64,000 nucleotides of DNA from Bacteroidota bacterium (GTDB lineage Bacteria > Bacteroidota > Bacteroidia > Sphingobacteriales > Sphingobacteriaceae), in NCBI GenBank assembly GCA_039798705.1, contig JBDKFN010000002.1, positions 32,290 to 96,289 on the forward strand, in the 5' to 3' direction. This document shows, piece after piece, positions 1 to 9,879 of this stretch. Both the position numbers and the translations under genes were made by a program. Position 1 is the first letter of the stretch. Each line of letters begins with the position of its first letter. A model generated the notes under the pieces. It ran no database searches. It was given only the letters and a program-made list of their open reading frames with translations, and was not told the origin of the DNA.

Positions 1-254
1 GAGAACTGTTATTAGCAGAATTGTGTGATGCTTTAGAAGAGAAATATGAATGGATTCGAAACAGTTCAAAACAAACCATTCAAAACGCATACTTGAATAG
101 ACTCTTTCGCTACCAGCAAGAAGCGCATTTTGTGATAGATGATATTGCGCAAACAGCTAAAATAGTTGGCATTGATGAATTCGGAAGATTAGCAGTGCAA
201 TTAAAAGAGCAGGTTCGCTATTTCAACAATAAAGAAATAAGCTATATCCTTTAA
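1..254 (+). CDS. Biotin-[acetyl-CoA-carboxylase] ligase (BirA-like), C-terminal fragment; the 5' end lies outside the window
   Basis: The frame is open from nt 3 to the window edge (ELLLAELCDALEEKYEW...). The track start at 21 is a TTG. The tail ...GIDEFGRLAVQLKEQVRYFNNKEISY resembles the BirA C-terminal domain. Confidence 0.5.
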   Translation, partial: ELLLAELCDALEEKYEWIRNSSKQTIQNAYLNRLFRYQQEAHFVIDDIAQTAKIVGIDEFGRLAVQLKEQVRYFNNKEISYIL

Positions 255-265
255 AATTAAATTGA

Positions 266-273
266 TATTTTTG
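266..273 (+). promoter_or_regulatory. Candidate Bacteroidota -7 promoter box (TATTTTTG = TAnnTTTG) upstream of the dsbD-like gene
   Basis: Exact match to TAnnTTTG, 22 nt upstream of the ATG at 296. No clear -33 TTTG. Confidence 0.35.
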
Positions 274-295
274 AAAACATTAGCATTGTAAAATA

Positions 296-2329
296 ATGAA
301 GAAATTTTTTGCATTTTTTGGCTTACTATTATTCAGCCTTCAAACATTTGCTCAAATTCAAGAGCCGGTTAAATGGTCTTATACCATTGAAGACAATGGG
401 ACCGAAAACCCTACACTTGTTATCAAAGCAAAAATAGATGACCATTGGCATGTCTATTCGCAATTTGTTGGAGAAGGTGGGCCACTTCCTACTACTTTTA
501 AATTTACACCTAATGTAAGTTTTAAATTAGTAAAAGGTGTTTTAGAAATTCCGAAACCAATTACCATTAACGATGAAGTTTTTGAAATGCAAGTTTCATA
601 CTTCGAACACAGTGCTACTTTTAAACAAAAAATAAAAGTGCTTTCTGCAAAAGATTTTAAGCTAGAAGGCACTTTCGAATATATGGTTTGTAACGACAAA
701 CAATGTTTGCCTCCTGAAGAAGTTCCGTTTTCATTTCAAGTAAAAGGTTTTGAATCTGCAGCTAATAAAACAAATGCAAGCGAAGAAATTGTCGATAGCA
801 ATACCATTGCAACAACAATAGATAGCAGTTCAAACGCAAGCAAATCAAGTGTTTCGGACAGCACTGCAACAAAAACTAGCATTGCAGCACCTGAAAAAGA
901 AGAGGGAAATTGGTCTATATTTTTACAAGGGTTTCTTTTTGGATTTGTTGCATTATTAATGCCTTGTATTTTCCCAATGATTCCGTTAACTGTTAGTTTC
1001 TTCACCAAGCAAAGCAAAAGCAAAGCAGATGGAATTCGTAAAGCAATTATTTATGGTATTTCAATTGTCGTAATTTATGTTGCTTTAGGATTAGGCGTAA
1101 CAATGCTTTTAGGTGCAAGCGCATTAAACGAACTTTCATCCAATGCCGTATTTAATTTAGTTTTCTTTGGTATTTTGGTATTATTTGCAGCCTCGTTTTT
1201 TGGTGCATTTGAAATTACTCTTCCAAGTTCATGGTCAACCAAAGCAGATCAAAAAGCAGATAAAGGTGGGCTGTTAGGCATCTTCTTTATGGCAGTGGTT
1301 TTAGCTATTGCTTCTTTCTCTTGCACAGGACCACTCATTGGTACTTTACTTGTAGATGCAGCAAACAAAGGAACTTATGTTGGCCCATTTATGGGCATGT
1401 TAGGGTTTTCAATTTCACTTGCATTGCCATTTACTTTGTTTGCAATATTCCCAAGCTGGTTAAATTCTATGCCTAAATCTGGAGGATGGTTAAACACAGT
1501 AAAAGTTAGTTTAGGATTTATTGAATTAGCGTTTGCATTAAAATTTTTATCAAATGCAGACATGGCTTACCACTGGAGAATTTTAGACAGAGAAGTTTTC
1601 ATTGGATTGTGGATTGTCATATTTATCATGTTAGGATTTTACTTGTTAGGTAAATTAAAATTCAACCATGATTCGGATGTAAAATACATTTCAGTTCCAA
1701 GGTTATTCTTGGCAATTATATCGCTGAGTTTTGCAGTGTATTTAACACCTGGTTTATGGGGAGCACCACTTAAAGCAATCAGTGGTTTCTTGCCGCATCA
1801 AGGCACACAAGATTTTGATTTATATGCTAAATCTTTTCAAACTACCAATTCAAATACTACTTCTAGAAAATACAGCGAGCAATTACACGCACCACTTGGT
1901 ATTGAAGCGTTCTTCGATTACGATGAAGGAATGGCTTATGCAAAGAAAGCTGGAAAACCAGTTTTTTTAGACTTTACAGGCCATAGCTGTACCAATTGTA
2001 GAAAAATGGAAAATTCAGTTTGGCCAAATGAAGAAGTATTAAAAAGATTAAAAAATGATTTTGTAGTTATCTCATTATATGTTGACGATCGCACAGAATT
2101 ACCAGAAAATGAAAAATATACTTCTACTTATACCGGCAAAAAAATTAAAAATTTAGGTAATAGAAATGTGGATTTACAAGTAACTAAATTCAACAACAAC
2201 GCACAGCCTTTATATGTAATAGTTGACAACGATGGTAATGCCTTAGCTGCCCCTTATGCTTATAACGAAGACATTGCAGCCTATGTTAATTTCTTAGACA
2301 GCGGAAAAGAAAAATTCAAGAAAAAATAA
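296..2329 (+). CDS. dsbD: Thiol:disulfide interchange protein, DsbD family (N-terminal periplasmic domain, CcdA-like membrane core, C-terminal thioredoxin)
   Basis: Signal peptide; YMVCNDKQCLPPEEV; membrane Cys motifs LMPCIFPMIPL and SFSCTGPLIG; C-terminal thioredoxin CxxC (FTGHSCTNCRKME); S/T-rich linker. Confidence 0.85.
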   Translation: MKKFFAFFGLLLFSLQTFAQIQEPVKWSYTIEDNGTENPTLVIKAKIDDHWHVYSQFVGEGGPLPTTFKFTPNVSFKLVKGVLEIPKPITINDEVFEMQVSYFEHSATFKQKIKVLSAKDFKLEGTFEYMVCNDKQCLPPEEVPFSFQVKGFESAANKTNASEEIVDSNTIATTIDSSSNASKSSVSDSTATKTSIAAPEKEEGNWSIFLQGFLFGFVALLMPCIFPMIPLTVSFFTKQSKSKADGIRKAIIYGISIVVIYVALGLGVTMLLGASALNELSSNAVFNLVFFGILVLFAASFFGAFEITLPSSWSTKADQKADKGGLLGIFFMAVVLAIASFSCTGPLIGTLLVDAANKGTYVGPFMGMLGFSISLALPFTLFAIFPSWLNSMPKSGGWLNTVKVSLGFIELAFALKFLSNADMAYHWRILDREVFIGLWIVIFIMLGFYLLGKLKFNHDSDVKYISVPRLFLAIISLSFAVYLTPGLWGAPLKAISGFLPHQGTQDFDLYAKSFQTTNSNTTSRKYSEQLHAPLGIEAFFDYDEGMAYAKKAGKPVFLDFTGHSCTNCRKMENSVWPNEEVLKRLKNDFVVISLYVDDRTELPENEKYTSTYTGKKIKNLGNRNVDLQVTKFNNNAQPLYVIVDNDGNALAAPYAYNEDIAAYVNFLDSGKEKFKKK

Positions 2330-2346
2330 TTGAAATATCTACTAAT

Positions 2347-2374
2347 AAAAAAGGAGGCCAATGCCTCCTTTTTT
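2347..2374. terminator. Bidirectional rho-independent terminator between convergent dsbD and the lipid kinase gene
   Basis: aaaaaaggaggc-caat-gcctcctttttt: perfect 12-nt arms (GC core GGAGGC) with A/T runs on both sides. Confidence 0.75.
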
Positions 2375-3254
2375 ATTTTATAATTGTTAGCGCTAAGGGC
2401 AAAACTTCTACCTCAAAAGGCGCGCGCTCTTTTACTTCTCCATCTATTGTTAAAGGTTGTTCGTCTGTAGCAATTAATGTAATTTTTTGAACTTGCTGAT
2501 AATTTAAAAGTTTAGAATGTACATGCTTGCCAGAATAAATGCTGGGGAATAACAAAAGCAAATTCCATAAACTGGTTTTTTTAACAATTAAAACATCCAT
2601 TAAGCCATCGCTCAAACTCGCGTATGGGGCCATTTTCATGCCTTTGCCAGTGTGCTTAGTATTCATCAGTAAAACAAAAGAAAAATCTGATTCTTCTTGA
2701 TAACCTTCAAAGGTTAAAGTTGCACGTCGACATGGATTTGCAAATATTTTTATTAACGAAGCAATGGTATACCTTGCGCTACCAAATATCCTTAGCCTTT
2801 CTGCTAGATCAGTAATTTGCGCAACAAGGCCCCAACCAATTATATTAAATGACACCAACGATTGCGTTTCGTTTGTCATTTTCATTAAATCTATTTTTTG
2901 TAATTCAAATTTTCTTAGCCTTTCAATTGCAGTTCGGCAATCAAAACAGGCTAAGTCGTGATTGAATGCATTTCCCGTTCCTGCTGGAAATAATAATACT
3001 GGAACATTTAAGTTATTTGAATAGTATAAGCCATTGACTACATCGTGCATGGTGCCGTCTCCACCAAAAACTGCAATTGCGCAAATTGATTTATCTATAA
3101 AGCCGCCCAAATGGGTTGAGAAATATTGAGGGCTACTACTTTCTACTACTACCCATTGAAAGTCTGGTAATGCGGCTTGCATTTCTGCTAGCATGCTTTG
3201 CGAGCGGCCCTTACCCGAATGTGGATTGATGGCACATAGTACTTTTTTGCTCAT
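2373..3254 (-). CDS. Diacylglycerol/lipid kinase family protein (YegS/DAGK catalytic domain)
   Basis: GGDGT motif (VFGGDGTMHDVVNGL) and PAGTGNAF. The track start at 3275 is a TTG. I prefer the ATG at 3254 (MSKKVLCAINPHSGKG). Confidence 0.8.
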   Translation of the reverse strand: MSKKVLCAINPHSGKGRSQSMLAEMQAALPDFQWVVVESSSPQYFSTHLGGFIDKSICAIAVFGGDGTMHDVVNGLYYSNNLNVPVLLFPAGTGNAFNHDLACFDCRTAIERLRKFELQKIDLMKMTNETQSLVSFNIIGWGLVAQITDLAERLRIFGSARYTIASLIKIFANPCRRATLTFEGYQEESDFSFVLLMNTKHTGKGMKMAPYASLSDGLMDVLIVKKTSLWNLLLLFPSIYSGKHVHSKLLNYQQVQKITLIATDEQPLTIDGEVKERAPFEVEVLPLALTIIK

Positions 3255-3321
3255 TTCCTTGAATTTGAGAAACAAGATAATAAATCAATTCTTAGAAATA
3301 TAAAATTTAGTACTTTTGGGT

Positions 3322-3888
3322 ATGGACGCGATCAAAAAACATTTCACAGAAGCTCAATCCGTTTTAGACACATTTGTTTCAGACGAAAAAAACATAGCAG
3401 CAATTAATGTTGCTGGGCAATTAATGGTTAAGGCATTAGCAAACGGAAAGAAAATTATTTCCTGCGGTAATGGTGGCTCTATGTGTGATGCCATGCATTT
3501 TGCAGAAGAATTGAGCGGCAGATATAGAAATGATCGCAAAGCATTAGCTGCCGTATCTATCTCAGACCCTTCACATATTTCATGCGTAGGAAACGATTAT
3601 GGTTATGACTTTATTTTTTCAAGATATATAGAAGCATTAGGAAATGAAGGCGATGTTTTAGTTGGCATCAGCACTTCTGGGAATTCAAAAAATATTATTC
3701 ATGCTGTAGCAGCCGCAAGAGCAAAAGGCTTGTCTGTAGTGTGTCTTACCGGAAAAGATGGCGGACAATTAGCTGGCTTAGCAGATGTAGAAATTCGTGC
3801 ACCCAAATCTGACTATGCAGATAGGGCGCAAGAAATTCACATCAAAGTCATCCATTCCTTAATTGATTTCATCGAAAGACATCAATAA
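3322..3888 (+). CDS. gmhA: D-sedoheptulose-7-phosphate isomerase (SIS domain)
   Basis: Very close to enterobacterial GmhA over its full length ([51 protein letters not shown]). The track start at 3316 is a TTG; the ATG at 3322 is preferred. Confidence 0.9.
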   Translation: MDAIKKHFTEAQSVLDTFVSDEKNIAAINVAGQLMVKALANGKKIISCGNGGSMCDAMHFAEELSGRYRNDRKALAAVSISDPSHISCVGNDYGYDFIFSRYIEALGNEGDVLVGISTSGNSKNIIHAVAAARAKGLSVVCLTGKDGGQLAGLADVEIRAPKSDYADRAQEIHIKVIHSLIDFIERHQ

Positions 3889-3943
3889 AAATTTGCAATT
3901 AAAAACCTGCACAAACTAAGTTGAACAAAACTGTTGTTTACTT

Positions 3944-3951
3944 TAGTTTTG
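3944..3951 (+). promoter_or_regulatory. Candidate -7 promoter box (TAGTTTTG)
   Basis: TAnnTTTG match ending 9 nt upstream of the ATG at 3961. Confidence 0.3.
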
Positions 3952-3960
3952 AAATAAAAA

Positions 3961-5493
3961 ATGCTGGTTAAAACTTTTGGCAGCGCCGTTCAAGGCGTTG
4001 ACGCAATCCTCATTACCGTAGAAGTAAATATTGTTACAGGTGTAGATTATTTTTTAGTTGGCTTGCCAGACAGCGCCGTCAAAGAAAGTCATTTAAGAAT
4101 TGAGTCTGCTGTAAAAAACTTTGGTTACCATATGCCAAGAATGAAAATTGTAGTAAATATGGCGCCAGCAGATATCCGCAAAGAAGGTTCCTCTTATGAT
4201 TTAACCATTGCAATTGGCATTCTCGCTGCCGCAGAGCAAATTCCATCCGCACACTTGGAAGATTACTTAATTATGGGCGAACTCTCTTTAGACGGCAGCT
4301 TAAAGCCTATCAAAGGTGCGCTACCCATTGCCATTGAAGCTCAAAAAAAAGGATTCAAAGGATTCATTCTTCCTAAACAAAATGCAAAAGAAGCTGCCAT
4401 CGTAAATGGTTTAAATGTTTTTGGAATGAATAGCATTTTAGAAGTCATAGATTTTTTTAAATCTAATTGCAAAGGACAAGCAACATTAATAGATATAGAA
4501 AATGAGTTCCAAGAACATACAGAAAAATTTGATTTAGATTTTTCCGATGTAAAGGGTCAAGAAAATATCAAACGTGCATTAGAAATTGCAGCAGCAGGCG
4601 GACACAATGTAATACTGATTGGGCCACCTGGTGCAGGCAAAACAATGCTTGCCAAAAGACTACCAAGTATTTTGCCGCCACTAAATATTTCTGAAGCATT
4701 AGAAACTACGAAAATTCATTCTGTTGCTGGAAAATTAACGAACAACATCTCTTTGCTTTTGAGTAGGCCTTTTCGCTCGCCACACCATACCATCTCAGAT
4801 GTTGCGCTTGTTGGTGGCGGAAGTAATCCGCAACCCGGAGAAATTTCTTTGTCGCATAATGGCGTTTTGTTTTTAGATGAATTGCCAGAATTTAAAAGGA
4901 GTGTGTTAGAAGTGATGCGACAACCACTCGAAGAGCGTAAAGTTAGCATTGCACGCTCCAAACAAAGTGTAGAATACCCCGCAAGTTTTATGCTTGTTGC
5001 CTCTATGAACCCCTGCCCTTGCGGTTTCTATAATCACCCGGAAAAAGAATGTACTTGCGGACCAGGAATTGTTCAGCGTTACCTCAATAAAGTTTCAGGT
5101 CCACTGCTAGACAGAATTGACATACACATTGAAGTCTCTCCGGTAAGTTTTAATGAATTAACTGCACATCGTAAAGGAGAAATAAGCAGTGTAGTAAGGA
5201 CAAGAGTAATGCAAACACGAAAGATACAATCTGAACGCTATGGACACTTATCAAACATTCATTGCAATGCACAAATTAGCAGCAAACTTTTGCGCGAAAT
5301 TTGCAAAGTTGACAAAGAAGGTTTAGCTATTTTAAAAACAGCCATGGAGCGGCTAGGTTTATCTGCACGCGCTTACGATAGAATTTTAAAAGTTGCGCGA
5401 ACCATAGCTGATTTAGAAAACTCAGAAAATATTGCTACCAAACATTTATTAGAAGCCATTCATTACCGAAGCCTGGATAGAGAGCGCATGTAA
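3961..5493 (+). CDS. YifB/ComM family Mg-chelatase-like AAA+ ATPase
   Basis: N-terminal Lon-protease-like domain; Walker A ([13 protein letters not shown]); [11 protein letters not shown]; C-terminal ChlI-like region. Length is typical at 510 aa. Confidence 0.9.
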   Translation: MLVKTFGSAVQGVDAILITVEVNIVTGVDYFLVGLPDSAVKESHLRIESAVKNFGYHMPRMKIVVNMAPADIRKEGSSYDLTIAIGILAAAEQIPSAHLEDYLIMGELSLDGSLKPIKGALPIAIEAQKKGFKGFILPKQNAKEAAIVNGLNVFGMNSILEVIDFFKSNCKGQATLIDIENEFQEHTEKFDLDFSDVKGQENIKRALEIAAAGGHNVILIGPPGAGKTMLAKRLPSILPPLNISEALETTKIHSVAGKLTNNISLLLSRPFRSPHHTISDVALVGGGSNPQPGEISLSHNGVLFLDELPEFKRSVLEVMRQPLEERKVSIARSKQSVEYPASFMLVASMNPCPCGFYNHPEKECTCGPGIVQRYLNKVSGPLLDRIDIHIEVSPVSFNELTAHRKGEISSVVRTRVMQTRKIQSERYGHLSNIHCNAQISSKLLREICKVDKEGLAILKTAMERLGLSARAYDRILKVARTIADLENSENIATKHLLEAIHYRSLDRERM

Positions 5494-5504
5494 AACCCGC
5501 CTAA

Positions 5505-6167
5505 TTATACTTTTTTAGTATGCTTTAATACCTTAGCTTCTAAATAAAAAATAACCTCTTCTGCAATATTCTTTGCTTGATCGCCTACTCTTTCTAGCTT
5601 ACGAATGGTAGAAAGTACATATAATGCTTGCTCAATATTATCTGGATGTAAACGAATATATGCTTCAATGTTTTTATTCGCTTCTATGTTAATTTTATCT
5701 AACACTTCGTCTTGCTTGAAAATGCTTCTCGCTTTAATGGTGTCTTCGTTTTCAAACGCTTCTTCGATTTCATGCATCATGCTCACACACTCATCAAACA
5801 TTTTAAGTAATTGTGATGAGGTTAATAATTCTTGATCAAAAGATTGTTGCGTTTGAATTAAGAATTTTGCAATGCCTTCAGCAATATCTCCAGTTCTTTC
5901 GAGGTTGTTATTTATTTTTAAGATGGCTAAGAGGTAACGCAAATCTACTGCCACTGGATTATATAAAGCGAAATAATTTTCACAGTCACGGTCAATGTTT
6001 AATTCCTGCGCATTGACTCTTTTTTCTGTCTGAATAATTTCTCTTGCTAAATCTTTGTCTAAGCGCACCAATGCATCCTTTGCTTTAGCAATTTGCGTGC
6101 GAACCAATGCAAACATAATATTTACCTCTTGTTTGAGGTGTTTTAATTCTTCTTCGAAATGTGTCAT
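5505..6167 (-). CDS. phoU: Phosphate signalling complex protein PhoU
   Basis: Duplicated PhoU repeat with ERTGDIAEGIAK and ERVGDQAKNIAE. Last gene after pstB. Confidence 0.85.
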   Translation of the reverse strand: MTHFEEELKHLKQEVNIMFALVRTQIAKAKDALVRLDKDLAREIIQTEKRVNAQELNIDRDCENYFALYNPVAVDLRYLLAILKINNNLERTGDIAEGIAKFLIQTQQSFDQELLTSSQLLKMFDECVSMMHEIEEAFENEDTIKARSIFKQDEVLDKINIEANKNIEAYIRLHPDNIEQALYVLSTIRKLERVGDQAKNIAEEVIFYLEAKVLKHTKKV

Positions 6168-6189
6168 AATATCTTAAATTTATAAAAAA

Positions 6190-6936
6190 TCACCCAAACC
6201 TTCCAGTTACATAATTTTGCGTCTGTTGGTTTTCTGGATTAGTAAATATTGTTTTTGTTTCGTTAAACTCTATCAAAGATCCCATGTAGAAAAATGCTGT
6301 GTGATCGCTCACCCTTGCAGCTTGCTGCATATTGTGTGTTACAATTAAAATAGTATAATTCTTTTTTAATTCATGAATTAATTCTTCAATCTTAGATGTG
6401 GAAATTGGATCCAATGCCGATGCTGGTTCGTCCATCAATAAAATAGTTGGCTCGACAGCAAGCGCACGCGCAATACACAAACGTTGCTGCTGCCCTCCAG
6501 ATAATGCATATGCAGACTTTTTCAAATTGTCTTTTACTTCGTCCCACAATGCGGCTTGCTTTAAACTTTCTTCTACCGTTTGCTTGATAAGTTTCTCATC
6601 ACTCACCCCATTTACACGCATGCCATAAGCCACGTTTTCATAAATACTTTTTGCAAATGGATTTGGTTTTTGAAATACCATTCCGATTCTTTTGCGCAAA
6701 CTATCTACATCCACTCCTTTGGCATAGATATTCATGTCATCAACAATTATATCGCCTTCAATTTTTACACCAGCAATTAAGTCGTTCATGCGATTAAAGG
6801 TTCGTAAGAAAGTAGACTTTCCACAACCAGAAGGGCCAATCAAAGCTGTAACTGATTTCTCAGGCACCTTCATGCTAATGTCTTTTAAAGCTTGAAATGA
6901 ACCATAATATAAGTTCAGGTTTTTAGCTTCTATCAT
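6190..6936 (-). CDS. pstB: Phosphate ABC transporter ATP-binding protein PstB
   Basis: Walker A (GPSGCGKST), signature [14 protein letters not shown], Walker B (LLMDEP), plus PstB-typical N- and C-termini. Confidence 0.95.
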   Translation of the reverse strand: MIEAKNLNLYYGSFQALKDISMKVPEKSVTALIGPSGCGKSTFLRTFNRMNDLIAGVKIEGDIIVDDMNIYAKGVDVDSLRKRIGMVFQKPNPFAKSIYENVAYGMRVNGVSDEKLIKQTVEESLKQAALWDEVKDNLKKSAYALSGGQQQRLCIARALAVEPTILLMDEPASALDPISTSKIEELIHELKKNYTILIVTHNMQQAARVSDHTAFFYMGSLIEFNETKTIFTNPENQQTQNYVTGRFG

Positions 6937-6939
6937 AAT

Positions 6940-7803
6940 TTATTGTTTAATTTTTTTATTTAAAAATCTTCTAGTAAAGTTAGCGAGCAAATTCAAAATC
7001 AACACTATTAAAATTAAAACAAGTGCTGTTCCGTAAGCCATATTTCTACTGGCTTCCATGTCTGTTCCACTAGTTGAAAGCACATATAAATGATAAGGCA
7101 ATGCCATTACTTGATCGAACATGCTTGATGGTAATTTTGGAAGGAAATAAGCAGCTACCGTAAATAAAATTGGTGCTGTTTCTCCAGACACCCTTCCAAT
7201 AGAAAGAATAAAACCAGTAATGATATTTGGCATTGCCAATGGCAAAACCACTCTTCTAATTGTTTGAATTTTTGTTGCTCCTAAAGCATAACTTCCTTCT
7301 CTATGGTATTTGTCTATGCTCTTTAAAGATTCTTCTGTTGTTCTAATGATTACAGGCAATGCCAATAACCCTAAGGTTAGTGAGCCTGCAATAATACTGT
7401 CTCCAAATCCTAAAGTATTAACAAATAAACTCATTCCAAATAATCCGAAAACTATGGAAGGAACTCCAGCTAAATTATTTGTCATCAGCTTTACAAATCT
7501 TTTGAACCAATTGTCTTTGACAAATTCATTAATATATATTCCAGACAAAACGCCAACAGGAAATGCGAACAACATACTACCCGCTACTAAACACATAGTG
7601 CCTACTATAGCAGGCCAAATGCCGCCTTTGGTCATTCCTTCTTCTGGCATTTTAGTAATGAAATCCCAACTTATAACACCAATGCCTCGCACTACGATAA
7701 AAGCCAAAATGGAAAATAATACCAATACAATGCTTGCACTCATGATGCGAAACAAATTAAAAGCGATGAGCTCTGCTACTCTTTTCTTCGTTCTTCCTTT
7801 CAT
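6940..7803 (-). CDS. pstA: Phosphate ABC transporter permease PstA
   Basis: Six-TM permease with the EAA-like loop (YALGATKIQTIRRVVLP). Positioned between pstC and pstB. Confidence 0.85.
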   Translation of the reverse strand: MKGRTKKRVAELIAFNLFRIMSASIVLVLFSILAFIVVRGIGVISWDFITKMPEEGMTKGGIWPAIVGTMCLVAGSMLFAFPVGVLSGIYINEFVKDNWFKRFVKLMTNNLAGVPSIVFGLFGMSLFVNTLGFGDSIIAGSLTLGLLALPVIIRTTEESLKSIDKYHREGSYALGATKIQTIRRVVLPLAMPNIITGFILSIGRVSGETAPILFTVAAYFLPKLPSSMFDQVMALPYHLYVLSTSGTDMEASRNMAYGTALVLILIVLILNLLANFTRRFLNKKIKQ

Positions 7804-7804
7804 C

Positions 7805-9013
7805 TTAACGCAATTTGTTTTTTGTTCCTTTTTTAGAAATCATTTCTACTGTAATATTCACTAACATGGTTATGATAAATAAGACACAACCCAAGGCGAA
7901 CAATGCATCGTAATGTAACGAACCTTTTGCTGCTTCTCCTAATTCTGCAGCTATAGTTGCAGGAATTGTTCGCATTGGCTCTAACATGCTATGCGGCACA
8001 ACTGCGGCGTTACCCGTAACCATTAGCACCGCCATTGTTTCTCCTATAGCTCTTCCAATTCCTAAAATTACTGCAGCAGTAATTCCAGATGAAGCAGCAG
8101 GGATCACAATTCTATAAATTGTTTGCCATTGAGAAGCTCCTAAAGCTAAACTTGCTTCTCTTACACTTCTCGGCGTACGAGTTATTGCGTCTTCGGCTAC
8201 CGTAATAATTGTTGGCAATGCCATAATTGCTAAAACAATGCTTCCGGTTAATCCAGTTTCGCCAACTGGCAAATTAAATATTTGTTGAACCAATGGAACT
8301 AAAACAATTAACCCAAAAAAACCATACACAACAGATGGGATACCTGCTAACAATTCTATGATTGGTTTTAAAATTCCCCTCACTTTTGAATCGGCAATTT
8401 CTGCCATGTAAATTGCTGCTGCTAAACCAAATGGTAAGGCAATTAATATCGCAATAAAACTTACCCATAGCGTCCCCATTAATAATGGGTATATACCAAA
8501 TTGTGCTACAGGTGTTGATGTTGGAAACCAAACTTCACCACCAAAAAAACTGCCTAAACCAATAGATTCAATTCTAACTAATTTTGAATGATGTTCTTTT
8601 GGAATTTCATTTGCAGAAATAAATGCAATAACCCCCTTATTGTTTTCGATTACTTGGTCGATTTTTTGAGCCAAAAGACCCATGTTAGTATCAATGCCTG
8701 CAAGCTCATCTTCTGAATAATAAGCAAGTAAATCATCCATTCTGAATAGGATAATACTATCGTCATTTCCACCAAGCTCTTTCCAATTAACGATGTTTTG
8801 ATCAAAAACATTTTTAATTTGTTCGGGGCTTAACTTGTCAATTGGATTGTTATGATTAACGGCAACTGTAAAGCCATCTTCGGTTGGGCTTTTCCCAAAC
8901 AATCCTGCGCCTTCCTTAAATAGAAAAAAAACGATGAGCAGAACTGTAACCGTAGTTACTGTTCCGCTCAGCATTAATATTCCCTCGGTTAATTTATCGA
9001 GTAGCTTTTTCAA
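7805..9013 (-). CDS. pstC: Phosphate ABC transporter permease PstC with a ~130-aa PstS-like insertion in the first periplasmic loop
   Basis: Permease core (LALGASQWQTIYRIVIP). At 402 aa it is about 80-100 aa longer than the classical PstC I recall. The loop shows paralogy to the adjacent PstS (see findings). Confidence 0.85.
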   Translation of the reverse strand: MKKLLDKLTEGILMLSGTVTTVTVLLIVFFLFKEGAGLFGKSPTEDGFTVAVNHNNPIDKLSPEQIKNVFDQNIVNWKELGGNDDSIILFRMDDLLAYYSEDELAGIDTNMGLLAQKIDQVIENNKGVIAFISANEIPKEHHSKLVRIESIGLGSFFGGEVWFPTSTPVAQFGIYPLLMGTLWVSFIAILIALPFGLAAAIYMAEIADSKVRGILKPIIELLAGIPSVVYGFFGLIVLVPLVQQIFNLPVGETGLTGSIVLAIMALPTIITVAEDAITRTPRSVREASLALGASQWQTIYRIVIPAASSGITAAVILGIGRAIGETMAVLMVTGNAAVVPHSMLEPMRTIPATIAAELGEAAKGSLHYDALFALGCVLFIITMLVNITVEMISKKGTKNKLR

Positions 9014-9029
9014 CGAAATAATGTATTGT

Positions 9030-9845
9030 TTAGTTCAAAGATACAAATCCTTCTTTAGTTACAATAGTTTGACCTTCCGAAGATAAAATAAAATCTACAA
9101 ATGGCTTAATTATTTTACTTGCACTGGTTAAATAATAAAAGTACAATGGGCGTACAATTGGATAAGTTTTGTTTTTTGCGGTTGCAATACTTGGTGCCAC
9201 AAAATTTTTGCCCTTATTAAATGATACGCTTAATGCTTTTACATTATTTTCTACATATGCTAAGCCTACGTAACCAATAGCACCTTTTGTTTGGCTTACT
9301 GATTGAACAATAGCACCTGTAGCAGGCATACTCATTACACTTGCAGCATAATTTTTATTATTCAATACGTGCTCTTTGAAGAAATCAAAAGTACCAGAAC
9401 TACTTTCTCTACCGTAAACCACAATTGGTGTATTTTCACCGCCAACTTGATTCCAATTTTTAATTTTTCCGGTATAAATGCCTTCTAATTGTTCACGTGT
9501 TAATTGGTCTACTTTATTTGCAGGATTTACAATTACTGCAAGCGCGTCAAAAGCAATAACTACTTCAGCAGATGAAACACCCCCATCGTTTACTTTCATT
9601 TTCTCGCTTAATTTCATTTTACGAGATGACATAGCTACATCTGTTGTATTATCTATTAAAGATGAAATACCAACGCCACTACCACCGCCAGTAACGGTAA
9701 TACGTGCAGCTTTATTTTTTTTCATGTACACTTCCGCTTCTTTCTGAGCCAAAGGCAATACGGTATCACTACCTTTAATTTTTTGAGCGATTGCTGCATT
9801 AAAAACAGCAGCTACAAATGTGAATGCTAAAATTATTTTTTTCAT
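9030..9845 (-). CDS. pstS: Phosphate-binding periplasmic protein (PstS/PBP family)
   Basis: Signal peptide; GSDTV, TGGGSGVG and SSGT phosphate-binding motifs; GAIGYVGLAY. First transporter gene of the operon. Confidence 0.85.
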   Translation of the reverse strand: MKKIILAFTFVAAVFNAAIAQKIKGSDTVLPLAQKEAEVYMKKNKAARITVTGGGSGVGISSLIDNTTDVAMSSRKMKLSEKMKVNDGGVSSAEVVIAFDALAVIVNPANKVDQLTREQLEGIYTGKIKNWNQVGGENTPIVVYGRESSSGTFDFFKEHVLNNKNYAASVMSMPATGAIVQSVSQTKGAIGYVGLAYVENNVKALSVSFNKGKNFVAPSIATAKNKTYPIVRPLYFYYLTSASKIIKPFVDFILSSEGQTIVTKEGFVSLN

Positions 9846-9879
9846 ATTATTTTTTTATTTGCTTAATTATTGAATGAAA

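Noticed and set aside
3311-3318. TACTTTTG -7-like box just before gmhA
   Set aside because: It ends only 3 nt before the preferred ATG (3322), so transcription would begin within or after the start codon. It is probably a coincidental match.
7310-7864. 184-aa plus-strand ORF antisense to pstA/pstC. Similar antisense ORFs occur at 454-699, 736-1023, 9478-9747, 12960-13247, 49489-49818, 57347-57658 and 63333-63614.
   Set aside because: They lie entirely inside well-supported genes on the opposite strand. Their translations are low-complexity (P/N/T/S-rich), as expected for the complement of membrane-protein codons. No start context or motifs support them.
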